Positions 12,595 through 25,954 of a stretch of DNA of 64,000 nucleotides are shown here, in pieces. The translations under genes and the position numbers were made by a program. This stretch comes from Eledone cirrhosa (lineage: Eukaryota), in the NCBI GenBank assembly GCA_964016885.1, contig OZ024744.1, positions 74,648,001 through 74,712,000 of the forward strand, in the 5' to 3' direction. The notes below the pieces were generated by a model. It saw nothing but the letters and a program-made list of their open reading frames with translations. It did no database searches and was not told the origin of the DNA. The stretch's first letter is position 1. Each line of letters starts with the position of its first letter.

Positions 12595-12760
12595 CGGCTG
12601 TGATGTTGCGTTTAGTGGTTAGAGGCTTGGATTCCCAATCGTGTGATTGTGAATCCAACGCTGAAACCACTGCTGGTCATTCACAAAATCATCTTGTCCC
12701 GACTTGTGCATCGGAAGAGAAATGTTCTAGGTGTAAATCCCGTGGTCATTCCTCATCGGA
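12595..12760 (+). mobile_element. Degenerate tRNA-headed SINE (second family)
   Basis: A-box-like gtttagtggttagag followed by ggattcccaatcgtg...; related to the minus-strand copy at 54130-54300. Confidence 0.45.
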
Positions 12761-13814
12761 GGGTTCTTTATATATTCTTATCTATTCAAATGTCTTTCGA
12801 AATCGAAACATTTCTATCAAATATTACTTCCACCCCAAATGCTTCTCCGTGAGTTTTTTTCTTGGTTATACGTTTTAAACGCTACTAGAGGGCGGTTGTC
12901 TTTTAATCGTGTGTTATAAGTTATGCATATATGTATGTATTATCGGAATATTTGTTCCTATGTATGCATGCGTACATATTAAGGAAAGTAAGTACTTATA
13001 TAGCCTGGCAGCTCCGGAGGAACAATCAAGCATTCTCCCTTGATTGGCAAATTATTGCAGCTGCGCCTCCATATTAGCAAAATCATCGATTCTGCAAGTT
13101 ATGCAATTTGGAGATATACTGCATTTTAACGTCGGTAAACAAACTTTTGAACAGCAAAATTGAACTTTCTCTATACTGTAACCATCGTTTGAAAACGACT
13201 TTTTCTTTTTTTAAATGCATATAATGTTACCTTTTTACACCAACGTTTGCAAATTTCTGTTTTATATGTTTATACACAAGATATAGCTTTCTATAATAAT
13301 AGTACTAAACACTGTTTTCTGGACCCCGTTAGAAATAACCTGCTACTATAAAAGCCCCAATAACTTGTCTGTGACATTGTACCACTTTGACCCCTTTAAC
13401 TAAATTTTGTCCGAACAACACCACTAGAGAATTTACTTCCCCCGCCAACCCTAACACGCCTCATTAAGCTAACTGCTACCAAAACGTTCTCTCCTTACAA
13501 TCTCTACTAGTCTGACAGTCTTAAATCCTAAGACTCCCTCCACCTTACTCACTTCCCTCTTCCCCTTCTCTTCCTACCTCCTTCTTTATCTTTTATCTAG
13601 TGTATAAAATATTTTCATATCATTCCAATACAAAGGTCTCACGACATGGTGTGTTTGCTTACAGTGTACCTTCGGTTTATGATAATATTTTTATATTATT
13701 CAAATAGCGAGGTATAGGTAACCCATACACTATAGAAACAATTGTTACCTAATAAATTCTGTATACCCGCATTTCCATTTCATAAACTTCTTCTCCATAT
13801 ATATATATATATAT

Positions 13815-14556
13815 AAATCTACCAAAATATACGGTAGTGTCCTATCCGTATGAAGAACTCAATGTAATCCAAATATCATGAAAAGAAAAGATGTGTTCAG
13901 CATTAAAAAAAAAAAAATTTTTATATATTTTTTTTAATGAAACACACAGGAAAACAGAGTCAAGATAAATTAATAAAAATAATGAATAAAAACAAAGAAA
14001 CAGTTCCTTATATTAAAAAATTCATAATTTTACGATCGTTTCTAGGATATATATGTGTGTGTTGGTATGTATATCATATAGATCTATGTAAAAGTTTTAC
14101 AAACTATCAGAGGGAATATACATACCTACACATATATATGCTGTCTTCAGAAATAATTGTTTCTACTTTAGGCACAAGGCCAGCAATTAGCCAGTGCATT
14201 ACTGGTACTTTATTTTATCGACCCCGTAAGGATGAAAGGCAAAGTCAACATCGGCCGGATTTGAACTCAGATCGTAAAGGGACGTAACTATGCTGGAAAG
14301 CATGGCGTCCGACCCTCTACCGACACTGCCACAGAAATAATGATATTTGTTTATTGATAAACAAATATCATTATTTCTGAAGACAGCATATATATGTGTA
14401 GGTATGTATATTCCCTCTGATAGTTTGTAAAACTTTTACATAGATCTATATGATATACATACTAACACACACATATATATCCTAGAAACGATCGGAAAAT
14501 TATGAATTTTTTAATATAAGGAACTGTTTCTTTGTTTTTATTCATTATTTTTATTA

Positions 14557-14562
<6 letters not shown>
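13815..14562. mobile_element. Family A solo inverted pLTR (palindrome 13965-14562) interrupted by a SINE
   Basis: Arms are reverse complements and homologous to 8490-8685; centre near 14355. 13815-13965 matches 42655-42777. Confidence 0.9.
14158..14331 (-). mobile_element. tRNA-derived SINE (main family) with 10-bp TSD
   Basis: Matches the family consensus; CAGAAATAAT at 14148-14157 and 14332-14341. Confidence 0.92.
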
Positions 14563-14634
<72 letters not shown>

Positions 14635-14641
<7 letters not shown>

Positions 14642-14832
14642 TAACAGATTAAAGTTTAAGCAAAGAATCGCTGCTTCAGAAGATCCCGTTAAGGGTGAAA
14701 GCAGCGATTATTTGCTTAAACTTTAATCTGTTATTTTAATAAATATTTGCTCTACGGTTCTTATATATTTGATACATATTTATCCTCATCGAGCCCTCTT
14801 TGGATTTAATCTTCAAATTTATTACTATTACT
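14635..14832. mobile_element. Family B hammerhead-bearing element with inverted 5' arm
   Basis: 14635-14676 is the reverse complement of 14699-14740. CAGAAGA-TCCC gttaa GGGT-GAAA motif. (TA)n flanks. Confidence 0.8.
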
Positions 14833-14840
14833 ATATATAT

Positions 14841-14990
<150 letters not shown>

Positions 14991-14997
14991 ATATATA

Positions 14998-15130
14998 TAA
15001 CAAAGAAGGTGTGGTAAGATACCAGGTGGGCCTTAACACACCAGAGTTCTCGATACTTAGGTTAGTTGAGTGGGTAATAAGAAAAGGGTCAGGGCCCCGA
15101 CGGCTGAGCGCCGGCCGTTTCGACAGCTAG
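14998..15130 (-). mobile_element. Family C short element (3' half of a hammerhead)
   Basis: Minus strand gtcGAAACGGC cggcgctca GCCGTC gggg; homologous to 55017-55292. Confidence 0.7.
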
Positions 15131-15188
15131 TTGGTGCATGTATGTGTGTGTGTTTCTGTGTGTGTTTCTGTGTGTGTTTCTGTGTGTG

Positions 15189-15227
<39 letters not shown>

Positions 15228-15778
15228 CTGTGTGTGTGTGTATTTATGTTTACATATAGACATGGTCTAGCTGATGTTGAATTTTACTTTATAATCATGA
15301 TTGCCAATATCATCACATCTCAGGCATGTGACATTTACCATTTAGGTTGACGCAAGTTATGTCCGTGAAATTAAATAGATGTAAACTGAGAAAGGCGATC
15401 AGATGTTCTCTACTTGTAATTGAAAGACCTAGTCTTATCACACACTGCCTTACATTGTTTCTGTTTGAGGTTTATGTTAAAGGATCATATTCCATTGGAA
15501 ACTTTAATCATTTAACGTTAAAACAATGAATATATATGACAATAGACCGAGAACATCCCACCCTAGATAAAGGAAAACAAACATCTGTTGGTTCAACGCT
15601 AACTCTGTAACATGTTTACAGAATCTGTAAACCTGCTTCTCAAATATCTTCTGGATATCTGCAACAATTCCTCAGGGAGTCATCAAATACTATGTCCGCC
15701 AATTCACTTTCCTCAGCTGCATCACTGATTTTCTGAATGTCGTTATATTTCGAATTTAATTTTCTGCACTAAAGAACC

Positions 15779-16280
15779 TTAAAGGAGCTGCTCGGCAGGT
15801 AGGACCAAATAACCAGTGTTTTCATTACTTCCTGTTCGCACCGGTCCCCGTCGAGACCTCAGGCGTACTTGGACCGAGATCCTCCGCAAGATCGGAGCGT
15901 CGGCGGCCCGCCTGAGGAGGGAACCCAACGAGGTTAGATGGCTGTTGTAGTGGGGTTCGCAGACCATCGTCCGCGAGACTGCTTTTGCCGTCTTGTCCGC
16001 GAGACGCAGCACTTCTGCTCTCTTGTTCTAGGCCCAAAGCCTAATCACCCTCCCCTTTGACTCCACCTCTCTCTTTTGCGATAACAGAACTCTTACTATC
16101 TCCTCCCGGTTTTTTCTTCTTTCTTGTTCCGTTTTTCCTCTAAATTTCCCTTTCTTTCCTTTTTTATCATTATTGTTTTTTTTACACGCAGAAATGCCCA
16201 TTTGTACCGTCCTGTAAATTCCTGTACTGTCCTTAATGTCTCACTTTGTGTAAACCCTTGTGGTTAATAAAGAAAGCCTT
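15779..16280 (+). mobile_element. Diverged 3' fragment of a Tx1/L1-type LINE
   Basis: GC-rich coding remnant (KELLGR...) ending cccttgtggttaataaagaaa, like the 3' end of the 22.3-kb LINE. Confidence 0.6.
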
Positions 16281-16307
16281 ATAGTTGTCATTATTATCAT
16301 TATTATT

Positions 16308-16795
16308 TATGGCGGGGGATTGGCAGTATCGGTAGAGGGTAGGACGCCATGCTTTGACGCATAGAGTTACGGCACTTGCCATTCTGAGTACAAATCCCGC
16401 CGAGGTTAACTTTATCTTTCATCCTTACGGGGTCGATAAAATAAAGTACCAGTAATACACTGGGTATGTGCTGGCCTTGTGCCAAAAGTAGAAACAATTA
16501 TTATTATTATTAGATAACCCTGGGTGGTTATCTTGCCCCTATTCTCATTTATATTTTTTTTGTTATTGTTATTTATATTTTTTACGCGTTTTATATGTAA
16601 ACCCTCACTGTCCCCATCTATTGTATTGTCGACGCTTGTGGCCAATAAATGAAACCATTATAGTTACGTCCCTTTATGGTCTGAGTTCAAATCCCGCCGA
16701 GGTTAACTATGTCTTTCATCCTTACGGGGTCGATAAAATAAAGTACCAGTAATACACTGGGGTAAGTACCAAAAGTAGAAACAATTATTATTGTT
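16308..16795 (+). mobile_element. SINE (16308-16512), LINE 3'-UTR fragment (16515-16657) and partial SINE (16660-16795)
   Basis: SINE consensus matches; the middle piece ends cttgtggccaataaatgaa, as at 30192-30210. Confidence 0.85.
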
Positions 16796-17247
16796 ACTGT
16801 AAATAATATCACATACAATCAAATTATTAATTTTATTTATCTACTTATTTGCTGATAATATCTCCTTTTCGGAATTCCAACATGACAACCACAGCAACAA
16901 CACCAACAACAGTAGGGAGATAGTAGCAAGAACAGCACCATCAGCAAACGCTTGCACATTTAATTAGGCAGTGAATGAGTTTACTAATACTCCTTTCAAG
17001 AGGTAAAACTACACAGAAGTGGTTCCCCACCGCTAAAATGATACAAACACCAAAACAAATAATAAAATTAACGAAACGCCCCCTTGTATGAAATAAAGTA
17101 TTTCTCTTATGAACGCGATGTGCCGCCCAGTTCAGGAATTGAACCAATAAACGCATGATCATGAATCTAACATCCTAACCCCTAGCTTACATTCCTTCAT
17201 TACTGACTACTATTTTAACCAACAATAACTATTATGTCTACCATTAC

Positions 17248-17405
17248 TTACGCTCTGAGTTTAAATCAGGCTGAGGTTAGCTTTGCCTTTTATCCTTACG
17301 GAGTCGATAAAATAAAACACCAATAATGCACTGGGATTGATTTAATCGACTTTCCTCTCCATTTAAATCACTGGCCTTTTGCCTAAAGTAGAAACAATTA
17401 TTTTA
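17248..17405 (+). mobile_element. Partial main-family SINE
   Basis: ctttgccttttatccttacggagtcgataaaataaa...gtagaaacaattatt. Confidence 0.85.
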
Positions 17406-18294
17406 ACCATCAATAACTATTATATCTACCAATATCCCCTTTCCGGTGCAATGTGAACATATTGTCAAAAGTATTAACGTAATCATATGTAGCTATGTGT
17501 ATGAATTTATTTCAATTATATTCTATTGTTCATAGCCCTAGTCTTTCTAGCTTTTTATAAGAAATAGTCCTAGGCTTCGTAATTTGGGAGCGAATAACTT
17601 ATTAAATTACACAAATTTCATGGGTGTATACCCATATTTCTTGTTTATTATCAACCGAAGAGACGAGCAGGGAGCGGACCGGCACATAGCCCCCCCCCCC
17701 CACACACACACACACTCACATACACACACACACACATACAGACACACAAACACGCATTCACACATACACACACACAAACACACAGACACAAATGCACACA
17801 CGCACATACACAAATGCACATATACACAAATAGTCATACACACACACACACAAATGAACACACTCACGTACACACAAATACAGACATATGTATTTGATGG
17901 AATTAATTATGGTAAGGTTACACAATATTAAAATAAACAAATTAATAATTGAAATATTGGAAGATTTCAAATTAGTTTTTTTTCTAGTAACCTTTTAAAC
18001 GTTCTATGTCATTGTTTAATTTTACGATGCATTAGCAATAACGTTTATTGATTTTGATATTATGGATATGTTATTCCTGACTCTTAAAATATATTAATTT
18101 ATTTGTATTCGTTAGAAATATTTTGCATACGCCATTGCACTTAATTTACATAAGGGATTGTATTACATTCCATATAGCGGATACTGAATTTCATATGACA
18201 ACCTTTGTCCTGTTTTCTGCAGATACAATATGTAAAATAAAGCATGGCGTAAAACATGTAGTGTAGATTTATATAGTAGATGTAGTACCCATAA

Positions 18295-18683
18295 AATAGC
18301 TGTCAAAGCCTCGGGCACCATGCTTTGCAGCAAGGAGTTACGGCCCGCCAAGGTTAACTTTACCTTTCATCCTTACGGGGTCGATAAAATAAAGTACCAG
18401 TATTGCACTGGGGTAATTACTGGCCTAGTGCCAAAAGTAGAACCAATTATTCATCGTATTGCTTGCTGTGTTTTGGCAGTATCGGTAGAGGGTCAGACAC
18501 CATTATTTACAGCATAGTTACGTGCCTATACGTTCTGAGTTCAAATCTCGCCAAGGTTAGCTTTACCTTTCATCCTTACGGGGTCGTTAAAATGAAGCAC
18601 CAGTAATGTACTGGGTCAATTTAATTGACTTTCCCATCCCCTTCAAATTGCTGGCCTTGTCCCTAAAGTGGAAACAATTATTT
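18295..18683 (+). mobile_element. Two main-family SINE copies head-to-tail
   Basis: Consensus core cctttcatccttacggggtcg occurs twice (about 18363 and 18566). Confidence 0.85.
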
Positions 18684-18949
18684 ACCGTATTCAGTCAGAT
18701 TCGACATTGCACAGTTCATTAATATTGATTACATGTGATATTATCAATCCAATCTTACCTAATTACGGCATTTAAGTCGAAGACGTGTTTAGGCAAATAA
18801 AAAATAACTTAGATAAACCGAGATGAAATTGCTAATGGTTCTCTTTTAATGAGCATGAATTTTTCGAAGTGAATTATCCATTCTTAGCATGGTGCTAGGA
18901 TTTTGAAACGTCGATCACAGCTTTTGGCAAAGCGATTTTGCGGTCTTTA

Positions 18950-19320
18950 ACAATGCTATAAAAAATGCTAAGTAACATGATAAGAAATGCTGCAGTTGTA
19001 GTGAACACCAGTGATATAGTATTTAGGCTTTTTCTGGTGGATATGCATGTACACTTATGACCCTTGTCCTGTTATCTTGCGGTGGTCACATGAAGACAAG
19101 AGTTAAGATGGTGTATTCTGGGAGAAGACATACCGTGTCAGACATTTTTTTAGACTGGATTTCTCGCAGCCATTTGTATGATACTAACAAAGGTCAATTG
19201 CAAGTACACTTCTTACAATGCCAAATAGCCTCAAACATCAATATGCTCAAATGCTGCATGCTCGACAATTCCAAAATTTGTAAGAACTATTTTCACAGCA
19301 AGGAAGACAAATAGTTCTTA
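18950..19320 (+). mobile_element. Possible very old DNA-transposon coding remnant (XPG-like, Academ-type)
   Basis: YSGRRHTVS and TNKGQLQVHFLQCQIA weakly resemble the GCDTVS and PT.DAL..H..RA.YQ motifs; inference only. Confidence 0.25.
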
Positions 19321-20242
19321 AATTCTACGCTGTATTCTGCTTCTGACAAATCCATTATATTCAAGAAGAACGCCATCAAGACTGATTGAGTGTGAACTTT
19401 GTTATAATCGGCGAGTTACAAAATTATATGCTCAAGGTTTACAGTAAATCTCTGGAAATCTTTCATCACACTCTTGAAACAAAACAAACTCTCCAAACCA
19501 GTTAAAATAGTTAAGCCCATGGTTTTCAGCAATTACGATAAGATTTTGTGAACTACCAATCATCTTGTACTTTGATGAAACATTAATCTTAATTGGCCTG
19601 ACAGTATTCTATGATGAAATTGTTTATTGTCTTTCCTGCATGAAAAATACCTCTAAAATGTGCAATACATGCAAATCTTTAATTTGGCCGGTTTCACTGG
19701 TTAACAATTTTTTAAAAATTGTGTGCTTCTTAAATGAGTTTCTAATTCTAATGTATTTTCATGTCCAGAATCCAAATATCACCTTCATAAATAACTATTA
19801 GCTACAAGATTAAAGATACATGACATGTAATATTTGATTATTTTATGATAACGTACTATATGTGTGATAAGCTCTAGTCTATATCTACTCTCTGCCTTTT
19901 TGCTCGACACTTATAGTGAGCTGAAGAATCGTCTCTTGCCAATGTCTAGCAATAGTTTGCAAGTATTGTTGTGCCCTATTTTCCCTGGCACCGCTTTTCC
20001 ATGGATAAAATATCTTAGTGAAACCCATCACCATTTTCATCGCTAACTGGATTCCAAAAAGTGGATTTCAAATGACGTTACATCGCAGTTTCTTGTAAGC
20101 CTTGAGGTTTTCCACAAATTCCTCATAGTTTCCTTTCCTTCTGTTTGCGAGAAATCTCTTGGCCACTAATTTGAATGCTTCCTACGCAGCTGTTTCCTCC
20201 CCATGAAGGGCTGATTTAAAGTCACCATCTTTAAGAAGCTCT

Positions 20243-20294
<52 letters not shown>

Positions 20295-20859
20295 GGGGGG
20301 GGGTGTATGTGAGTGCCTGTGTGTGTCTGTGTACCTGTGCCTGTGTGTTTGTAAAGAAGATACCCACAGATTTCTGTCTGTAGGTATCTTCTTAACCAAC
20401 AGTTAAATATTAAGGATTTAAAAGAGAGTAAAGGAATTCTTTTAAAAGTGACATAGCTAACAAAATACATGGAATAAAATGTGAATTATGTGTATACAGT
20501 GAGAATATTTACACCAAAGTGAAAACAGAGAAAACATCTGACGTTTTGGGTTAAACCATTTACCAATGTAGTGTAAGTTAAGAAAAGAATGAGAAGAAAG
20601 AAACAGTGTAGGAACAATACCGAATTGAAGAGACGATGTGGTTTGAATGGCTATATCCTGTGGAATAAATACATATTTACATGTGTATACACAAATACAC
20701 AGTCGCACATATATATGAGGATATATATAGATATAGAGAGATAGATAGATCGATAGTTAAATGGATTGATAGTTAGATAAATTGATTGATTGATTCATAA
20801 ATCGATCGATCGATAGATAGATAGATAAATATAAAGATAAATCGATAGATAGATAGATA

Positions 20860-22252
20860 AATTTCATTATTAGCCACAAGGGCACAAAAGAAGAGGACAA
20901 ATACAAATGGGGTGTTTACATACAGGTATATGAAAATAAAACTATTAATAAAATAACAAATAACAATTGAAATCCCCAATAGGGGGGAGGGGTTGTACAC
21001 AGGGGTTGTACAACCCTCATCTCCAGGAGAACGAAGAGTGAGTACTCCCTTCCTATCTTCTTCTTTTTCCTCAACCTACAGGCTTATAAAGAAAGAAGGC
21101 CCAACCACTCGGGCCATCTTTGCCACATTCACCCCCCTTTTTTGCTGGGGTACCTCTCTCTCCATCCTGATTCTTCTTCCAAAATGATATTTGAAAAAAC
21201 GAATCAGTTGTACGCCGGAGAGAAAGGTGTCTGACCCCTTTTAACATCGTCCACCACATAACCTCTTTCACCATAGACATAACACATAGGAAAACCGTCT
21301 CTCCTTCGTTTTTGAAGGAGGGTGGCGGTTTGATCATGACAATGGACTCGGTGGTCAACTGGATTGGTCCCACCTGCGACAAAAGTCGTTCTACATAGCT
21401 CCACAGGTCGGTAACGCCCGGACAGTGTACAAATGCGTGCGCGACGGTTTCCTCGTCGCAATTGCATCACGGACAGATCTTTTTCGAAGGGTCCCTGTTC
21501 GGGCGCCCGTGTCTGTAGAGTTCGTCTCGAACTGGTAGAGCTCCTCGGTAGCACTGCCAGGCCAGGAACTTTTGGATGTTGTCCATCGGTCCCGGGCGGA
21601 AGGTCCTACCGAACAGACTGGCCAGTTTGTCCTCCTCTACGCCTAGAGTTTCTCCGAGCGCGTCGTTGCACTTGCTGCGGACCAACCCTCTATAGAATGA
21701 CGAAGTGGAGTCTCCACTGATCGCCGGGTATGTTTGCCAGAGGACTGTGAGCGCCTGAGCACATTCGATGTCCCAGTCGCCCATTTTCTTCGGTCTTTGC
21801 TTGACCCAGGACTGCAACTCGGTCAGTTGTCCGGTGAGGAATACGTGGAGGTGCCGCAGCCTGACCGCTTGTTTGCGCATCGTCAGCCATGGCACCCCCA
21901 GGCCTCCGTTTGAAAGATGTTGGCAGCAGATGGATCTTCTCACCAAAGGGGCCCGTTTCTTCCATTTTAGCGAGCGTTTTGGCTGGACAAGGCACGACGG
22001 TCAAAGGGAAGTAGATGATGGACGCTATAAAAATGTTCGCCACCTCCGCTCGACCTTTCACGGATAGTTTGCACTCGGCCCAATTTTGGGTGAGCGCAAA
22101 CACCTTGGCTGTCACCTCGTTCCAGTTCTTCTCCGCCTGGAGGTCCGGGCCAAACCAGACCCCGAGCAGCTTTACCGGTCCTTCCCTCCAGCGTCCGTCG
22201 ACGCCATCGGAAGGCATCCCGTTTGGCTGTCCACGTTCTGAGTTGCAAACCG
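20860..22252 (-). mobile_element. 5'-truncated Tx1/L1-type LINE copy with internal deletions
   Basis: Homologous to 22296-23790 (KLLGVWFGPDLQ, GGLGVPWL, LAWQCYRGALPVRD). 3' end gcccttgtggctaataa abuts (GATA)n-like DNA. Confidence 0.92.
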
Positions 22253-22254
22253 AC

Positions 22255-22255
<1 letters not shown>

Positions 22256-22295
<40 letters not shown>
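22256..22295. repeat. (ATAG)n microsatellite between the two LINE copies
   Basis: Direct reading. Confidence 0.95.
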
Positions 22296-22296
<1 letters not shown>

Positions 22297-22529
22297 TTCT
22301 TTATTAGCCACAAGGGCGCAACAAGAAAGGGGACAATACAAAGACATGCCGGGGATTTTACATACAGTCGTGTAAAAAATATAAAAAAAAACAATTTCAA
22401 CAATCGAAATCCCCAATAGGGGGGAGGCCCCACAAATGGGTTGTTTAATACCCCGTCGATAGAACAACCCTCAACTCGAGGAGCGTGTTGTGCAAGTGCT
22501 CCTTTCTTCCGTTTGCTCTCTTCCTCAAC

Positions 22530-25500
22530 CTACAGGCTTATAAACAGAGAAGGCCCAATCACTCGGGCCATTTTCGCTTCATTCACCCACCTTTCAGTAA
22601 ATTTACTGGGGTGCAGTGCCTCTCTCTCCACCCTGATTCTCCTTCTAAAGTGATACTTAAAGAAGGGAATCAATTGTTGTCCGGAGAGAAAGGCATCTGT
22701 CCTCAGTCCTCTCAACCTCGTCCACCGTATAACTTCTTTCACCATAGACACCGTACAGAGGAAAACCGCCTCTCTTTCGTTTTTGAAAGAGTCTGGCGGT
22801 TTGATCCTTACTATGGACTCGGCAGTCAACTGTATTTGTCCCATACGCGACAGCAGTTGTTCTGCATAGTTCCACAGGTCGCTTACGCCCGGGCAGTGTA
22901 CAATTGCGTGCAGAACTGTTTCAATGTCCTGCGCACATCTTGGACACGTCCTCTTGGAAGGATCCCTGCCATGGCGTCCGTGCCTGTAGATCTTGTCACG
23001 AACCGGTAGAGCTCCTCGGTAGCACTGCCAGGCCAGGGACCTCTGGAAGTTGTCCATATGTCCCGGGCGGAAAGTCCTACCAAACATACTGGTGAGCTCT
23101 TCGTCTTCGACGCCCAGAGTCTCTCCGAGCACGTCGTCGCCCTTTTAACGTACAATCCCTCTATAGAATGTCGAAGTGGAGTCTCCACTGATTGCTGCGC
23201 CCGCTTGCCAGAGGACTGTGAGCGCCTGAGCGCATTCAATGTGCTAGGCGCCCATCGTTTTTGGTCTTTTCTTCACCCAGGAGTGCAGCTCCGTTAGCGA
23301 GACGAGCTGTGGGAAAGCCTGTCTCACAAATGGTGCCCACACTGGTTGGGGGTCGGTGAGGAATACCTGGAGATGCCGCAGCCTCAGCGCATGTTTGCGC
23401 ATCATCAGCCACGGCATTCCCAGCCCTCCGTTGGAAGGGTGCTGACAGCAGACGGATCTCCTCACCAGCGGAGCCTGCTTCTTCCACAGAAACTGCAAGA
23501 GCATGCGTTCCATCTTGGCGAGGTGTTCACGGGGACAAGGCATGACAGTCAAGCGGTAGTAGATGACGGACGCTATGAAAGTTTTCGCCACCTCCGCTCG
23601 ACCTTTCAAGGACAGTTTGCACTCTGCCCACTTCTGAGTGAGTGCAAACACCTTGGCCGTGACCTCGTTCCAGTTTTTCTCCACCTGGAGGTCTGGACCG
23701 AACCAGACCCCGAGCAATTTCACCGGTCAGTCCGTCCAGCGTCCAACGACGCTGTCGGATGTCATCGGTTTGCTTCTCCACGTACCGTGTTGCAAACCGA
23801 CAGACTTGTCTGGGTTTAGTTTTGCTCCCGTCAGCGTTTCGTATTCTTTCAGTATGTTGCCGATCACCCCGATTTCCGAGGTGCTCGACACCATTACTGT
23901 TACGTCGTCGGCATAAGCTGACGCCGCTTTGCGCAGTCCCGGTTCTAGGGGGATGCCCTGCAACAGCTCCAATTTCCGCAGTAGTGGTTCTAGAGTCAAT
24001 ACATACAGAATGGAGGAGAGAGGGCATCCCTGTCGAATGGAACGCGTGATTGCGAACGGCTCCGATAGGTAGCCGTTCACCTTGACCCTCGAGCAGATGC
24101 TGGTGTGCATCGCCTCGATCCATCCTCTAAACACGGGAGCGAAACCAGCCGCCTTGAGAACCGCTTCCAAGTATCGATGGTCGACCCTATCGAATGCCTT
24201 AGACTGATCCAAGTTGATCAGAGCCCCACCGAAGCCGGGTTTACTACCCACCCTCTCTATGATGTATCGCATGAGGTGGAGGTTGTCGTGTATGGACCTG
24301 GTCGGGATTGCACACATTTGCGCTTTCCCTACCAGGTTCTCGACGACAGGCGCCAACCTCGTCGCTAGCACCTTGGCCAAAATCTTTAACTCTGTGTTGA
24401 GCAGAGATATGGGCCTGAAGTTGTTAGTTTCGTCCCCCTTGTTCTCGTCTTTCCTGATCAGCGTTACTACGCCCTTGCCTGCAGAACTGGGAATTCTCCC
24501 GTTCTGCTGCCAATTGCAGTAGACGGCTTCGAGGACGCCAGAGAACAAGTCCGGCATGACTATGTAAAACTCGTAGGGTAGACCATCTAGACCGGGTGAC
24601 TTGCGTTTCCCGCAGAGGCCCAGAGCATTCCCGTATCTCAGTGTCCGTGATCGGTCTTTCGCAGAACTCGGCGTCCGTGTTCGAGAGACGCGGCAGGCCG
24701 TAAAGTGCCGCTGAAAGGCCGCGCACATTTGCTTGGGGTCAAGTAGCACGCGTCCGTTTTAGTCTTTCAAAGACCGAATCGTGGACTTGTTGCCACTTTT
24801 TGCCTCCGCCACTCGGGCCCAGCTGACAGCTTTCGCTCCTTCGTTTATTAGAGCACGTGTTTTGCTTCTGACCACGCAGCCTTCGTGTTTCGCATCGAAG
24901 AACTGGTCCAGTGCCGTTCTCAACGCTAACACTCTAGCTGTGTTGCCACTTCTAAGTGCCTCCTCTACCTTGGCTACTTGTTCTCTTTCTATTCTGTTTT
25001 TCTCTAAGGCTAATTCTCTGCTATACCCTATCGATTCTATTCTAATTGCTTTCTTGAGAGAGTACCACCATCTATTGTTGACGATGGCTCCCGTTAACTG
25101 TTGCTTGACTAGTCTACTTATCCGTTCACTGTAAGCTTTACGTGCCGGCAACGACACGCTCAGCTTCCAGTATCCGGGACCCTGTCTATGTATTCTATCA
25201 CGGTTGACTAAGCAGACGACTAACTTGTGATCTGAATAGGCAACCATGTGCATTCGTGGACAGCTTAACATATCCTTGTCCCTTTCTCTAATGAAGAGCC
25301 TATCTAAATACGATCTAGATGTCCCACTGACGTTTACCCACGTCCACTGTGGTGCAGTCCGGAAATCCAGTCGATACCTATCGGCCAGTTGGAATTGGCC
25401 GATTAAAATTTTGAGGCTGTTGCACCCCGCTCTACTGGGACATGCTCCCACATAGTCCCATCGTGCATCTAGGATACCATTCCAGTCCCCCACTAAAAGT

Positions 25501-25913
25501 AAGGAGCGAGACGTTCCCAGAAAAGACTCTAGACGCTTAAAGAAGTCTGGCCGTGATTGCGATTGCCCAGTCGGGGCATAAACGGCCACCAGTCTGAAGG
25601 CTCCACCTCCGATACTGTTCACGTCTAGGACTACCAGTCTACCCTCCGGGTCCAAGTGTACTTGCTGTACTCCGACGTCCAGGTTCTTCCGAAACATAAC
25701 AGCCACTCCACCTCCACCTCCTGGCTGACAGAGAGATGCGTAGATCTCAAAGTCGTCGAAGATGGGAGTTAGTTGCTGCCTGTTGTGGATTCTGGACTCG
25801 CTGATGGCTATCACATCCATACTGTGTGACCTAAAGTCGTTTAAAAGTTGGCCCTGTTTCCAGGGCATCCCTAGGCCACGCACATTCACGGTTCCAACTC
25901 GTAAACCAGCCAT
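22530..25913 (-). pseudogene. LINE ORF2 (APE endonuclease - reverse transcriptase - zf-RVT)
   Basis: TVNVRGL, AISES, VAVYAP, GDWN, SYLDRLF, SDH; KSPGLDGLPYEFY, FRPISLLN, DQSKAFDRV, RQGCPLS, YADD; CPRC...HAIVHC. Four same-frame ORF pieces separated by stops at 24759, 23727 and 23244, plus a compensated shift near 24630-24700. Confidence 0.95.
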
Positions 25914-25954
25914 GTTGATGAAGAAAAGTTGGAGAAAAAGGACGAAAGGTGCAC